Assembly: GCF_006345805.1 (NCBI RefSeq)
Contig: NC_043003.1
Location: 95,604,001-95,668,000 of the forward strand
Direction of reading: 5' to 3'
From: Octopus sinensis
Taxonomy: Eukaryota
DNA: 64,000 nt
Shown: positions 38,546-51,754 of the stretch, piece after piece
Layout: each line of letters opens with the position of its first letter
Position numbering within the stretch: position 1 is the stretch's first letter
Made by a program: the position numbers and the translations under genes
The notes under the pieces: model-generated
Told to the model about the DNA's origin: nothing
The model's input: the letters and a program-made list of their open reading frames with translations, nothing else
Databases searched by the model: none

Positions 38546-41500
38546 TTAAATAAATACACAACAAAAAGCTATAAATACACAACATTTACAATTAATATCA
38601 ATTACATAGAAGATCCATAATCGCAGAGGGCAAGTTTGAACAGCGACACTAAAGATTTAATACTGAAAATGAAAGTGACTATTAACTCTTGACCTTGAAC
38701 CCATTACTGTCTTTATAATCTGAAATCTACAGAAAAGGTATAGGAGCCAGACACTTAGATGAAAATTATACAAGGCCCCAAAATATTGATAAGAATTAGT
38801 AATGGAAAAATCTAGAGAAACCCTCTGTGTATTCCACAACCATGAGATGATGACCTGTAAAAGATATCTAAAAATATATTTCCTTAAAAATCCACAGAAT
38901 GGCAGCTCCCCAGAGCAAACAAAAAGATTAAAAGAAATTCACTAGAATTTGATAACCACTCCACAAAACTCTCATAAGAAATGTTTTATACTATTATATT
39001 CATTGATAAAATCTTTATAACAAGGTATTATGGTATGGCTAATGGCAAAGCAAATGAAGTTAGTTCTGGAACATATGGGTGGGTCACTTGAACAGAAAGA
39101 TTATGCTTGTGATTATATTAGAATGTAGCATATCAACGACTATACGTTTTTGTGTTAGAATGATTTAACTCATTAGCATTTAAACTGGTGAAATTCAGCC
39201 CAAATATTCAACCTATTTTCTGTTCAAATCAGCTACACCTGGCCTCTCACACCTACCCTACAAAATCATTCTAAAAATAAACAATCACATCATCAAAATT
39301 CCAATGCATTATTGATTCAATGCATTATTAATTCAAAACAATGTGAATGAATAAGCATTACATTTGAAAGTGTAAACTGAATGCTAAAAGGTTTACAAGT
39401 TAAACAATGAAGTTTACATTCAGAATGAATGAACCACAGGCTGAATGCATAGGCAGAAAGGAGAACTTTCTCTTTATTTTCTCATCAGTAAAACAGAACA
39501 AACCACAATGTTCTGATTTGTTCTCAAGGCTGATAACACAAAGCATAAATTTGCTCTGGTCTTCACAGACCTTCAGATAATTTGAAAACATATCTGTCTG
39601 GATTGTGAGATTGAGTTCCAGATGCATTACAGTAAAATACTGATTCCAAGATTGAAAACTGCTCTGAAAGCTAGTCAGGATCACATTAACCGTTTAGTAG
39701 TCAGATTAATCTGTCAAATATAATGCTTATTTATAAATACTGTTTTTAATTAAATGTGCATTATCTCACAGCTTTGAGATCTCAACAACATAATTGATTA
39801 TTTTTAGAATGACATTGTAGGGTATGCATGAGAGGTTGGATCTGGCTGGTTTGAACATAAAACAGGTAGAATAATATGGGTCAGATATGGCTAGTTTCAA
39901 TGCTAAAGTGTTAAAAAAATATTTTTATTCAATTCTCTCCTTCCATACTATTACTGTGATTTATATTAGGACACACACATTATTTTGAAACTTATTAACT
40001 TTTAATTGTGTAGCTTGTGTTTATGCTCCACCCTGTAATTTCAGAACCTTCACTGAAGATCATCTTTCACAAAGTCCTATCAAAACCAAAATTGTGAAAT
40101 TCTCAATGTTCATGTCCTGTGTTTTGCTATACATTTCCTGCAGACAGATGTGCAATCTGATACAATTTAGTGTAATACATGTAGAACAAAATATTCTTTG
40201 TATTTGGTAGTGTAAATGAAAACAAGTTATTTCAGTCTTTACCAAGTCAAAGATTTAATCTTACATTTTCAACTTTTAACAAAAGCCAAAAGAGCTATGT
40301 AAATTTCCATATAAAACATTAATTAACTGACAATTTCTCCTTGCTAAAAATCGAGTAATAAAATTATATGAAAAGGAACAAGAAATTGTGTTTATAAAAA
40401 TCTAAAAAATTTTTTTAATGTAACACTTCATGAAAGAAAAGATTAAATCAAATTTTAAAGACAAAATAACATCTATTTTCCACATTGGTATGGGTTCGGT
40501 AGAATGATGATAACATCAAATCACACGTGATGTTCAAACGAAACAGTTCCACACCAAAACAAGGTTAGCTACATATATGAAATATAAACAAAGATTTTTA
40601 AACACTTTTTCCGGTGTGCTCATACAATGTTGAGGTTTAATTTAAGTTAAACAAGCATAAGCAATTACAACTGAAGAAAAATTACCAATGAAAACCGAGA
40701 TAAAGTGGCATCAGCAAGAGAATGGCTTCTGATATTAGAAAAATGGTTCTGATGTATGGAGCTATAATAATCGGTAAAATGAAGACATTACACAGAAAGG
40801 AGATAAAATATAGGTATTGTGTGAATTTGGTCACATAGGAAACTTAATTATATCATTTGACGAAGAAATTGTTTAAGAATAACAATAACACTGTTCGTCT
40901 TTCACAGAACTTACAAAAGTAATAAGAATAACAACAACAATCCAAACTGCATTAGTCATAAGCTGATGGATGGCTTTCACAATGCATTGGGACTGGTTTC
41001 ATACTGTTTCAGACAGTTTCATAGAAACCATTTCTCACCAAGCTGTACCTGTAGTAGGATCACAATAAACTATGGTAAACTAACAGAGGACATGTGAATT
41101 ATACTGTATATGCGCACTTGTGTGCATGTGTGTGCTGGGCTTCTTTCAGTTTCCATTTACCAAGTTCACTCACAAGGCTTAGGTCAGCCATGGGCAATAG
41201 TAGAAGGCACTTACCCAAGGTACCATGCAGTGGAATTGAACCTAGAATTGTGATTGGGAAGCAAGCTTCTTACCACACAGACATGCCTGTACTTTATGGT
41301 AGCAAACTTTACCTACAAAAGGGATGTGCTAACAACTGAACTGGGTTGTTTGTGACCTATTACTAGTAATGAAAAAACCACAAGCCAGTGACACAATTCT
41401 TTCTTATCTACCAACATATCTGCTGACACCCTTACAGACTCAACCAGCTGCCCTTTTATCTGTTACACATACAAAGAAAAGGGTACAGCAACTGTCTAAT

Positions 41501-41799
41501 GACAATAAATATCAACAAGGTGATAAGGAGGAAATTTAAACTTACAGGGAATAACTGTGATGGAGTAGCTAGAACACAAGTGGATATAAAGCTTTAATTG
41601 TTGATACATTACACTTTGAAAACAATACATAGTAAAGACTGGAGTGAAATTACAATAAGTACTGCTACAGTAATTTACTGTATTTGTCATGCTGTTTTCA
41701 AGGACAGAACTGGAGAAATTGAAGCAATGCTGGAGCAGAGGCAGGGAGATGTATTCTAATGTACAAGAGGCCCTCACTTCACTGCCCCTTTTTTCCATC

Positions 41800-42200
41800 A
41801 TATTGGCCGATGCCAGCGCCGCCTTGACTGGCTTCTGTGCCGGTGGCACATAAAAAGCACCATCCGAACGTGGCCAATGCCAGCGCCACCTTGACTGGCT
41901 TCTGCGCTGGTGGCATGTAAAAAGCACCATCTGAACGTGGCCAATGCCAGCGTCACCTTAACCAGCTTCTGTGCCGGTGGCACGTAAAAAGCACCAACCG
42001 ATCGTGGCCGCTGCCAGACTTCCCTGGCACATAAAAAGCACCCACTACACTCATGGAGTGGTTGGCATTAAGAAGGGCATCCAGCTGTAGAAACACTGCC
42101 AGATCAGACTGGAGCCTGGTGCAGCCTCCTGGCTTCCCAGACCCCGGTCGAACCGTCCAACCCGGAAAACGGACGTTAAACGATGATGACGATGATTTGA
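41800..42200 (+). mobile_element. RTE-type 3' end with ~65-bp tandem units
   Basis: About 4 units (GCCAGCGCC.CCTTGACTGGCTTCTGTGCCGGTGGCAC.TAAAAAGCACC) plus terminal block. Confidence 0.82.
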
Positions 42201-43594
42201 TGATTCCCAATTTACCATTATTACCCCTTTCATCTCACTCTCACTCTCTCCTATCATTCATTCTTACCTTCTCTGCTTTGCTTGCTTACTCTCTCTCTCT
42301 CCCACCCTCTCTTTCTTGTTACTATATCCTTTAACACACTCTCACTCTTATCACTCCGGTTCTCTTCTACCATGCCCATTTCTTCTACAACACCTCCTAC
42401 ATGACCTGAGATAACAACACATGATTGAATGCATGAGTGTCATTTTCTACATTGTGTGGGAAAGAAAGGAACAAATGAATGGAGATAACACAAGGAAGAT
42501 GGACTTTTTTTAGTCTTATCATGGATCAAGGAATCTCTCTGGTGCCAGTGAACAATCAAGGACAACATAGAACATAGAGATGATTCTTCAGTTTTGCCAA
42601 CAGAGGGACATCTCTCTAGCATACTACATCACAGTAAAACATATCCAATATACTCTGTAAAATGTTTGATCTTAGGAGGGGCATCCAACTAGGGAATCCA
42701 TGCCAAATATGGAATATACATGTGACCACATATGAGGGCAGCAAGTCTGAATAAGAATTGATTTGGATTGTGACAACCCATCCATCTCATCACACATGGA
42801 AAAATAGGCTAAAACAATGGCAATGATGATGATGATGACGACAACAACAATAGCAATAATGATGGTCACATGGCTACATACAAAGTTTTTTTCTAATTTA
42901 TTCTCGATTAACCCAGATCAAGAATCAAATTAATTAAATCCATTTTTCATTTTGTTATGCTTTGACAAGGAAATTCTTCACAACGAACCATCATTTTACC
43001 TGCTTTAAAAATGCACAAATGTAAATCAATAATCACCCACTAGATTTAGGGATCTAAAATCTATAAGCCTTTTTTTGTGTATTTTTAAATGTCTTTACAA
43101 GAAAAAAAGCAATTAGCGATATAGCTACATATCAACATGATTTTCTTGTTTGTTTTTTTTTTATATTTTAACTATGAGATCATACTTCAAAAATAAGTAT
43201 TACACATGCTACGCATACATTAGTAATCTTTTGAAATCCATTTACAAACTAGTTTAAAGAACAATAAATAAGACTGCAAGGTCGAGGTATTCAGCAAACA
43301 GGAAAAGCAAATCAGAAAACAGCTTGTCAGAAGACAACAAAACAGCAGCAATATACGTTAGCAAAACATGGTTTCAATGAACCGTTATTTTTAAATCACT
43401 TTGCATTTCAAAGAGATGGAAATGAATATAATTATATAAAAATTGCTGTGAACTTGAATTGTCATCACCTACAATGACATTAACATATTTTACAGGGTAC
43501 GCACACCACATACTGTTGAGCACAATTGTTTAAAATACAATAAGGTATTAAAAAAAAATTAATGTAGTTTGAATGACTATTAAAAAAATTTTTT

Positions 43595-43981
43595 TTTACC
43601 TTGTTTCAGTCATTTGACTGTGGCCATGCTGGAGCACCGCCTTTAGTCGAGCAAATTGACCCCAGGACTTATTCTTTGTAAGCCTAGTACTTACTCTATC
43701 GGTCTCTTTTGCCGAACCACTAAGTTACAGGGACACAAGCACACCAGCATCGGTTGTCAAGCGATGTTGGGGGGACAAACACAGACACACAAACATACAT
43801 ATATATATACATATATACGACGGGCTTCTTTCAGTTTCCATCTACCAAATCCATTCACAAGGCATTGGTCGGCCCGAGGCTATAGTAGAAGACACTTGTC
43901 CAAGGTGCCACACAGTGGGACTGAACCCGAAACCATGTGGTTGGTAAGCAAGCTACTTACCACACAGCCACTCCTGCGCCT
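43595..43981 (-). mobile_element. dominant SINE, young full-length copy
   Basis: Reverse-complement consensus ending ...CCACTCCTGCGCCT. Confidence 0.88.
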
Positions 43982-45704
43982 ATGTTATTTAAAAGGGGAT
44001 CCATAAATGCAAAACAATATTAATTAGCACACTAATGGCATGGCTGGGTGGAACACATGTTCACTTCCGAACCGCTTGATTTCAGGTTCAGTCCCCCGTT
44101 ATGGTACCTTTGGCCAAGTGTGTTTTCTTATGGCCCCAGACTGATAAAAGCCTTGAGAATGGATTCTAGCAAATGTAAACCAAAAGATGTGTGTGAGTGT
44201 GTGTGTGTGTGCATGTGTGCATGTACACACACACACTTCCACTCTGTCAGTCAGAGGTCAAGCACAGTCAACTGCTTGAGTGATGATGATGATATACACA
44301 GATATTTACATGTAAAGGTTATGCCTTTGCAATGTATTTTTAGTGAGACTGCCATCAAAAAGAGTCACCAAGTGAAAATGGGTAAATCTATTTGAGATAC
44401 TCAAAGGGGTGGATACAGTAGCCACTGGGCACAAGTGGGCTAGCCTATTTTAGAGGCTCAAAGGGGATACTGTAGTCACCAGGTGCAGACAGGTAATTCT
44501 ATTTTAGATACTGTAACAATTGATAAGGCATAATAAAGTATTCTTGTATCTTCTGTTTATTCATTTCTATTTGCTGTATCTTTCCATCCAATTTCACAAT
44601 AAATATTTTGGTATCAGCTGGTTAGCTTAAAAATTAGCATCATCATCATCATTTAATATCTTTGTCACATGACAGCATGAGTTGGACAGTTTGATATGAA
44701 CTAAGAGGACCAAGGACTGCATTATGCTCAATTGTCTACTTTGGCATGGTTTCTAAAGCTGGATGCCCTTCCTAACACCAATCACTTCACAGTGCTTTTT
44801 CTTATATCCCCAAGAAGGTTGCCATGCAGCTTCCTTGCAAGACTATGAACCTCCTGAGAGAAGTAGCTTTGTGCTAGGAGATGAGGGATCAAAGTACAAG
44901 GAAAAGGGCTGAAGTGAAAAAGGCTTCTTGCTGTAGAGGGGTCACACGGCTACTTATATTTTAGAAGAAAGGAGGTGGTAAGAGTGGAGTGAGGAAGAGA
45001 TAAAAATAATGGTGATTAGGAGTCTGTGTAGATCCACAAAGAACAAGATGAAGGAAAATGGATGGGAGTAGAACTGACAGTGCGGATGGGTGGAGGCTGC
45101 AAGAATGAGAGAGTGAGAGATGGGGAGTAAGTGAGACAGTGAATATGAGATAATGGTAATTTTTTTTTTTTTTGTTTTTAAACCATGAGATGATGGTAAT
45201 TACTTTTTAAACATGAAGCTTATGATTTTCTTTTATTTGCTTGTTTTTTTTGGGTTTTTTTTAAAATTTTTTATCCAATAATATAAATGCCGATATATTT
45301 CCTGTTAAGAATGAATAAAAAATTATATGTCTAGCTTTTAATGTCTTTGGATTTCTTAATTTTTTTTTTTTTTTTTTGCAAGAAATTTTCTCTTCTGGCT
45401 AAGAGTGCATGTTATATTTTCTTGGGCATTATACGCCATAAAATACAGTAGTTGCCTTCAGAAAGGTCAACCAATTATAAAACACTTTCTCCAACAACAC
45501 ACATGCACACACACAATTACTGAATTTTGTAGCACAGATTTACAAGATGCAGATATGCAGGCATAGTTGTGTTGGCAAAGAAATTCACTTATCAACCACA
45601 TGATTTTAGATTTACCCTCAATAATTGTTTTCTACTATATCTCCAGGCCAACCAAAGCCTTGTGAGTAGATTTCATAGACAGTAACTGAAAGAAACTAGC
45701 ATAG

Positions 45705-45736
<32 letters not shown>

Positions 45737-45821
45737 CATCATTATCATTTAATGTCCATTGTCCATGCTGGCATAGGTTGGACGGTTTGACCAGAGCTAG
45801 CAAACTGAGAAGCTGCACCAG

Positions 45822-46158
45822 ACTGTGGCCATGCTGGAGCACAACCTTAAAGGGTTTTGGTAAAAGAAATCGACCCCAGGATATATGCTTTGTAAGCCTA
45901 CTACTTATTCTATCGGTCTCTTTTGCCGAACCACTAAGTTAGAGGGACATAAACACTCCTGCATCAGTTTTCAAATGATGATGGGAAGACAAACAGTCAT
46001 ACACACATAAATATCACATATATATATATTTCAGTTTCCGTCTACCAAATCCACTCGAGGCTATAGTAGAAGACACTTGCTCAAGGTGCCATGCAGTGGG
46101 ACTGAACCCATGACCATGTGGTTGGGAAGCAAGCTTCTAAGCACACACAGTCACGCCT
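45822..46158 (-). mobile_element. dominant SINE with internal deletions, fused to an RTE tail (45735-45822)
   Basis: Consensus match. Confidence 0.7.
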
Positions 46159-46185
46159 ATACACACACACACACACACACACATA

Positions 46186-46226
<41 letters not shown>

Positions 46227-47265
46227 ATATCAACACAGCTCCTAAATGTAAATTATAGCTCAAATACTTCAAGAAATGAAATCTGAGATCTAATTACTAA
46301 AACTGAAAAAGAGAAAAATTAAAGAAAATCATGTTTAGTAATGAAGAATTCGAAATAGCAGGCAAATGTAAATGATACTAGTTGACAAATGCTATTAACA
46401 GGACAAGTCAAGCTGTAGCAAACTAAAATATGAAAATTAGTGAGAAAATACATTGCCATTCTCATTGCTGTCCTCTTCCTCCGTACACCACCATTACCAA
46501 GCCAACAAAGAAACCTCTGCCTGATTGTCTGACCTACAGGAAATAACAGCTAAATCTCCCTTAAAATACATTTATTTAAAGAAAAAGAAGGGAGGGTACT
46601 TTAGAGAATAACGTCCTAGGCACACAACACAAAAAGAGATGGTCATGACTAGAATGCTTTTGATTTATTGGTCAACTCAGCCAAGGCTGAAACAGGCTAA
46701 ACAACATTACAGTCATTAAAATTGCACTCCTCGTTACCACCAGTGAACAGAGTCCATGAGTTGGCTTTGTTTGCAATCAGAAGAGTTTCAGCATATATTG
46801 TTAAATGGTCCACAGAAATACGTCAACAACACAACTTACAATTTCCTCTCATCTAAAAACTATGCGTCACTATCATCATCATAACTTTAATATCCAGTTT
46901 TCCATGCTTGCAAGGATCAGATGGAATACACTGAAGCAGATTTTCTACAGCCAGATGCCCTTCCTGTCACCAACCCTCACCTCTTTCCAAGCAAGGTAAT
47001 AAATCCCCTAGTCTACCAAACAACAAACAGGTCAAACGTAGTTACAAGCCTTTTTGTTTACAAAGATCACAGAATAGGTCCACAAATGTCAAGAAGCCCA
47101 GATTTGCTTTCATGGTTGACTGCAACCATGAAACAGATGGTGTTGTATAACACCATCTATATGTCTAATACTAGTCTGTACTAGCTTACTCTTAAAATAA
47201 TTACAGTATCATCACATGATAAAAGAATACCTGTAGTAGAGTCATGGTGTAGTTGAGATATATAT

Positions 47266-47650
47266 GTGTGGTAAGTAGCTTGTTTACCAACCACATGGTT
47301 CCGGGTTCAGTCCCACTGCGTGGCACCTTGGGCAAGTGTCTTCTACTATAGCCTCGGGCCGACCAAAGCCTTGTGAGTGGATTTGGTAGACGGAAACTGA
47401 AAGAAGCCCGTCGTATATATGTATATATATATATGTGTGCGTGTATGTTTGTGTGTCTGTGTTTGTCCCATCCAACATCGCTTGACAACCGATGCTGGTG
47501 TGTTTATGTCCCCGTAACTTAGCGGTTCAGCAAAAGAGACCGATAGAATAAGTACTGGGCTTACAAAGAATAAGTCCCAGGGTCGAATTGCTCGATTAAA
47601 GGCGGTGCTCCAGCATGGCCGCAGTCAAATGACTGAAACAAGTAAAAGAG
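47266..47650 (+). mobile_element. dominant SINE, young copy
   Basis: Near-consensus. Confidence 0.88.
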
Positions 47651-47676
47651 TATATATATATATATATATATAACAA

Positions 47677-47980
47677 GAGCACATGGACTAGCATCTAGGG
47701 TGTTGCACTCATGAGTGTGAGATTGTGGTTTCAGTTCCTGGTGGACCAGGTGGTGTGTTGCATTCTTGATCAAAGCACCTCACCTTACATTGATCTGTGA
47801 TCACTTTGCCACATAATGTATCATACACCATGCACCTGTTCAGGTAATGCTGATTTGATGGAGGGAGAGTGCTAATGTACAGCACATACATTTAATCACT
47901 ATAAACAAATCATTTGTGCAGGTTCATTTGGCACAAACTGAACACTTATATGTTGTCTTCAATGGGAAAGTCCATCATTA
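47677..47980 (+). mobile_element. old tRNA/CORE-type SINE of another family
   Basis: Degenerate A/B boxes and CORE-like GTGTTGCATTCTTGATCAAAGCAC. Confidence 0.5.
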
Positions 47981-48013
47981 TTATGCAGAAATTGCACACA
48001 CACACACACACAC

Positions 48014-48051
<38 letters not shown>

Positions 48052-48130
48052 TACAAACACACACGAGAGACAGACAGATAATTGAGAAAATTAGAGTCAA
48101 GAAGGGATACAGTTGGACAATTATTTTTTA

Positions 48131-48236
48131 ATCACTACAATTGTTTCCACGCAGAGTAGTTCTCCAGGTGTGCAGGTATTTGATTATGCAACTGTTTCTT
48201 TGCATTATGAGATCTAGTTGTGTTTCCTCAGGCGAT
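48131..48236 (-). ncRNA. type I hammerhead-like ribozyme with extended stem II region
   Basis: ATCGC CTGAGGA [~77 nt] GAAA CAATTG TA GTGAT; stem I ATCGC/GTGAT, palindromic stem III ACAATTGT. Confidence 0.6.
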
Positions 48237-48536
48237 ATGTAAATATTGTCTTCGTAAGTTTAAAATCCTCAGCTTCAAGAACATCCTCTCTGTCATGGCC
48301 TGAATTTAGTAGTAGTCACTGGGCTTATCAGGGTGTACTGTTGCTGTTTAGTAGTAGTCACTGAGCTTATCAGGGTGTGTTGTTGCTGAAGGATTGTTGG
48401 CAAAGCAGTTTGCCAATGGCCCCTCAGCAACAACACACCCTGATAAGCTGTGATTACAACTAAATTCAGGCTATGACAAACTGAGAGGATGCTCTTGTAG
48501 CTGGGAATTTTAAACTTAAAGAGATAATACTTACAT

Positions 48537-48642
48537 ATCGCCTGAAGAAACACAACTAGATCTCATAATGCAGGGAAACAGTTGCACAATCAAGTACCTG
48601 CACATCTGGAGAACAATGCTGCATGGAAACAATTGTAGTGAT
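48537..48642 (+). ncRNA. type I hammerhead-like ribozyme with extended stem II region
   Basis: ATCGC CTGAAGA [77 nt] GAAA CAATTG TA GTGAT, then TAATAAA. Confidence 0.6.
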
Positions 48643-48879
48643 TAATAAATAAATGTCCAACCCTACCCCTTCTTGTTGACCCCAATTTTCTCTATCTATT
48701 CACACACAACAGATGCCCAAAAGCAAACATGGAAGTACGTATAATACGACCACTGGATAGCAGAGGGTAAATCTGACAGTGGACGAGCTTTATACTGTAC
48801 TCTACTACATTTTTAATAGAATATACCATAACTATATATAGATATATATATATATAATATATATTTTTCTTTTTTTTTT

Positions 48880-49066
48880 TCTTTTACTTGTTTCAGTCAT
48901 GCTGGAGCACCGCCTTTAGTCGAGCAAATCGACCCCACGACTTATTCTTTGTAAGCCCAGTACTTATTCTATTGGTCTCTTTTTGCTGAACTGCTAGATG
49001 ACGGGGACGTAAACACACCAGCATCGGTTGTCAAGCAATGCTAGGGGGACAAACACAGACACACAA

Positions 49067-49115
<49 letters not shown>

Positions 49116-49272
49116 TATGACAAGCTTCTTTCAGTTTCCGCCTACCAAATCCACTCACAAGGCATTGGTCAGCCCGGGGCTATAGCAGAAGACACTTGCC
49201 CAAGATGCCATACAGTGGGACTGAACCCGGAACCATGTGGTTGGTTAGCAAGCTACTTACCACACAGCCACT
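48880..49272 (-). mobile_element. dominant SINE, young copy
   Basis: Reverse-complement consensus. Confidence 0.85.
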
Positions 49273-50181
49273 CATATTTCCTCCTTCGCAAGATGGTTCA
49301 TGTCAATGTTACATTTTGACCATTAAATCATTAACTACTCAACTCCACTGCAACATCTTAAGAAATTACCCATTTACTGAAGATATCATGCATTGATGAT
49401 GCTTGAGGATAATATTTAAATCTTTACATGAACATGGATCATGCACATACACATAGAAGCATAGCATAATAGTGGTAAGCAAAATCCATAACATCCATTC
49501 AATTCCAGATCGAGACATTTCTTCATTTATCTATTCATTTCACCAGTAATTTCAGGTAGACCCACTTACCCTCCAGCCCATTTACCAACAGCCTGAAAGA
49601 CAACTAGTTCTACCAGACTGACATTGTTTCTCTCAAAGCAACACATTACAAAGAAGTCTTCATTAATCATTTCATAATTCAGATTACTCTGTCAAATCAT
49701 CATCATCATCCTTCAACATCTGTTTTCCATGGTTTGAGCAGAGCCGGCAAGCTGGAGAGTTGCACCATATTCCAATCTGATTTGGCATGGTTTCTATGGC
49801 TGGCTACTGTCCTAATGCCAACCACTTTACTATGTATGTGCTGGGTGCTTTTGAAGGGTACCAGCATGACATGGCCCTGGCAAATATAATACTTATTCAT
49901 TCATTGTTTTGAGTTAATCATGCATTATCCTGTAGCTTCCTGATTTCGATGATGTGATTGTTTAATTTTAGAATGATATTGCAGGGTAGGTACAAGAGGC
50001 TGGATCTGACCAGTTTGAATGAACGTAAGACAAGTGGAGTATTTGGGCCAGAAGAAATAGCTGGTTTAAATACTAAAGGGTGAAGGATCTAAGAACCCTT
50101 TAGAAGTTATAGGAGATTTTAATATTTTGTTACGTATCGGAGTGCATAAACAAGTGCACTCATTTACATCAGTGCAGAGGA

Positions 50182-50216
<35 letters not shown>

Positions 50217-50871
50217 TTTATTAAGCAGGGGCAGTATTTCAATGCAGCTAATGTGAGAAAAGTTCTGATAGAGCACTGTTTGACTTTCCATAAAATCATG
50301 AAATATATTATTTACTTGACATTTATGCAGATAAGGACGCATTAAGATATTTGTTTAGTCCAGCCAATATAAATAAACTAATACAGTAAATTATTTCATA
50401 CTTTCATATGCAAATGTTCAAGAATACAATAATGCAATAAAAGAAAGAAAAAAAACATAAACAGATATTTGAACTCATTATTAAGATTCTTCGAGCTGGA
50501 CTGTAGTCTAAATAACAAGGACAGCAATCCAAGTTATCATAAATAATCTATAAATACCAATTTAAAAACAAACAAAAAAACAGTATAGAATAGAGAAATG
50601 TTTACCCTTAAAGTCAGCAAACAATAAGCGTAATGATTTAAAATTTTTTTATTTATTGCTATTAAAATCCTCCAAAAATATGAATATTTGCCATATTCAC
50701 TCATTCTGATTGATAGCCAACTTCAAATATGTACTGCATTAGAAGTATTAATAGAGTTAACAACATTATCAATAAATTAAAATTGTAACCATAGAAATCT
50801 GCCCAACTTGCCAGATTTAAATATATATATATATATATATATATGAATAGAACAAGCTGATACACATGCGA

Positions 50872-51100
50872 TGGAGAGTCGCTGAAGAGGTCACAGGAAG
50901 TGTGACAAAAGATTTAAGACAAAGGACACTAAGATAAGAACAATAATAACGTTTAAGAGTGTGTGTGTTTATTTGTCAGAAAAAATTTAAAAAATAAAAG
51001 ACCATCCCGAAATATAACAATATCTGTTTCAACACACGATTTCACATCAAGAATTTTGCAAAACAAATACACAAACATAACAGCATGAACCTCAGCCATG
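50872..51100 (+). mobile_element. Penelope-like pLTR fragment (same family as 9496-9910)
   Basis: Clear similarity to 9696-9910; contains CTGAAGA G GTCAC aggaagt GTGAC AAAA. Confidence 0.6.
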
Positions 51101-51158
51101 ATGATGATGATCATGATATATATATATATATACACATTATATATTATATATATATATA

Positions 51159-51330
51159 CAGTGGCGGCCAAAATGTTCAGAACGGCATTGTTTTTGTCAG
51201 AAAAGTAGATATAATTTTTTATCAAAGTTGTTTTATATTCTATAATTTTTCACAGACAATAAATACGATATTATTTGTTATTGCCTGAGATTTTGGTATA
51301 ATTTGAGAGGATAATACAAAAGTTATGGAT
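51159..51330 (+). mobile_element. possible Tc1-like terminal fragment
   Basis: TA-CAGTGGCGGCCAAAA terminus; no partner TIR seen. Confidence 0.4.
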
Positions 51331-51334
51331 GATT

Positions 51335-51720
51335 TAGTAATTTACTGCAAAACCCATGGCAGCCAAAACGGGGCGCCACTGCATGGTGCCAAAAATTCCA
51401 ACATCACCATCAAAATACAGGACCAGATACTGCAACAGCTTGGGTTTCAGAGGACCACAGCTCTTTAACATCCTCCCTAAATGCCTGAGAGACTTGCATG
51501 GTGTGGATGTGGGTTTCTTTAAAACTAAACTTGATCTCTTCTTGTCAGGGGTCCCAGATGAACCTACCTCACGACAGGAGACACAGATGCGGGCATCGGC
51601 ATCGAACTCCCTTGTTGACCAAGTGCCACGTATCAGAGGTGGATTCACATATTAGTGTAGCTCATTCAGCGGTGGTGCCCCAGCATGGCCGTGGCCTTCA
51701 GCCTAAAGGATTTAAGGATT

Positions 51721-51721
<1 letters not shown>
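51335..51721 (+). mobile_element. CR1/L2-group LINE 3' end
   Basis: GRHC.VP......YCNSLGFRGPQLFNILPKCLRDL.....FKTKLDLFLSGVPDEP...SNSL; short 3' UTR and (AAGGATTT)n tail. Confidence 0.8.

Positions 51722-51754
<33 letters not shown>

Larger units (their letters stand above)
48077..48696. mobile_element. ~620-bp palindrome of Penelope-like pLTR sequence
   Basis: Arms are reverse complements centred near 48405 (GGCAAAGCAGTTTGCC). The left arm has a ~42-bp internal tandem duplication. Each arm has a hammerhead core followed by an A-rich/AATAAA-like signal. Confidence 0.75.

Noticed and set aside
44390-44512. Two imperfect ~60-bp direct repeats (also 31-bp at 1321-1375 and 17-bp at 38051-38083)
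   Set aside because: Ordinary local slippage duplications with no further structure.
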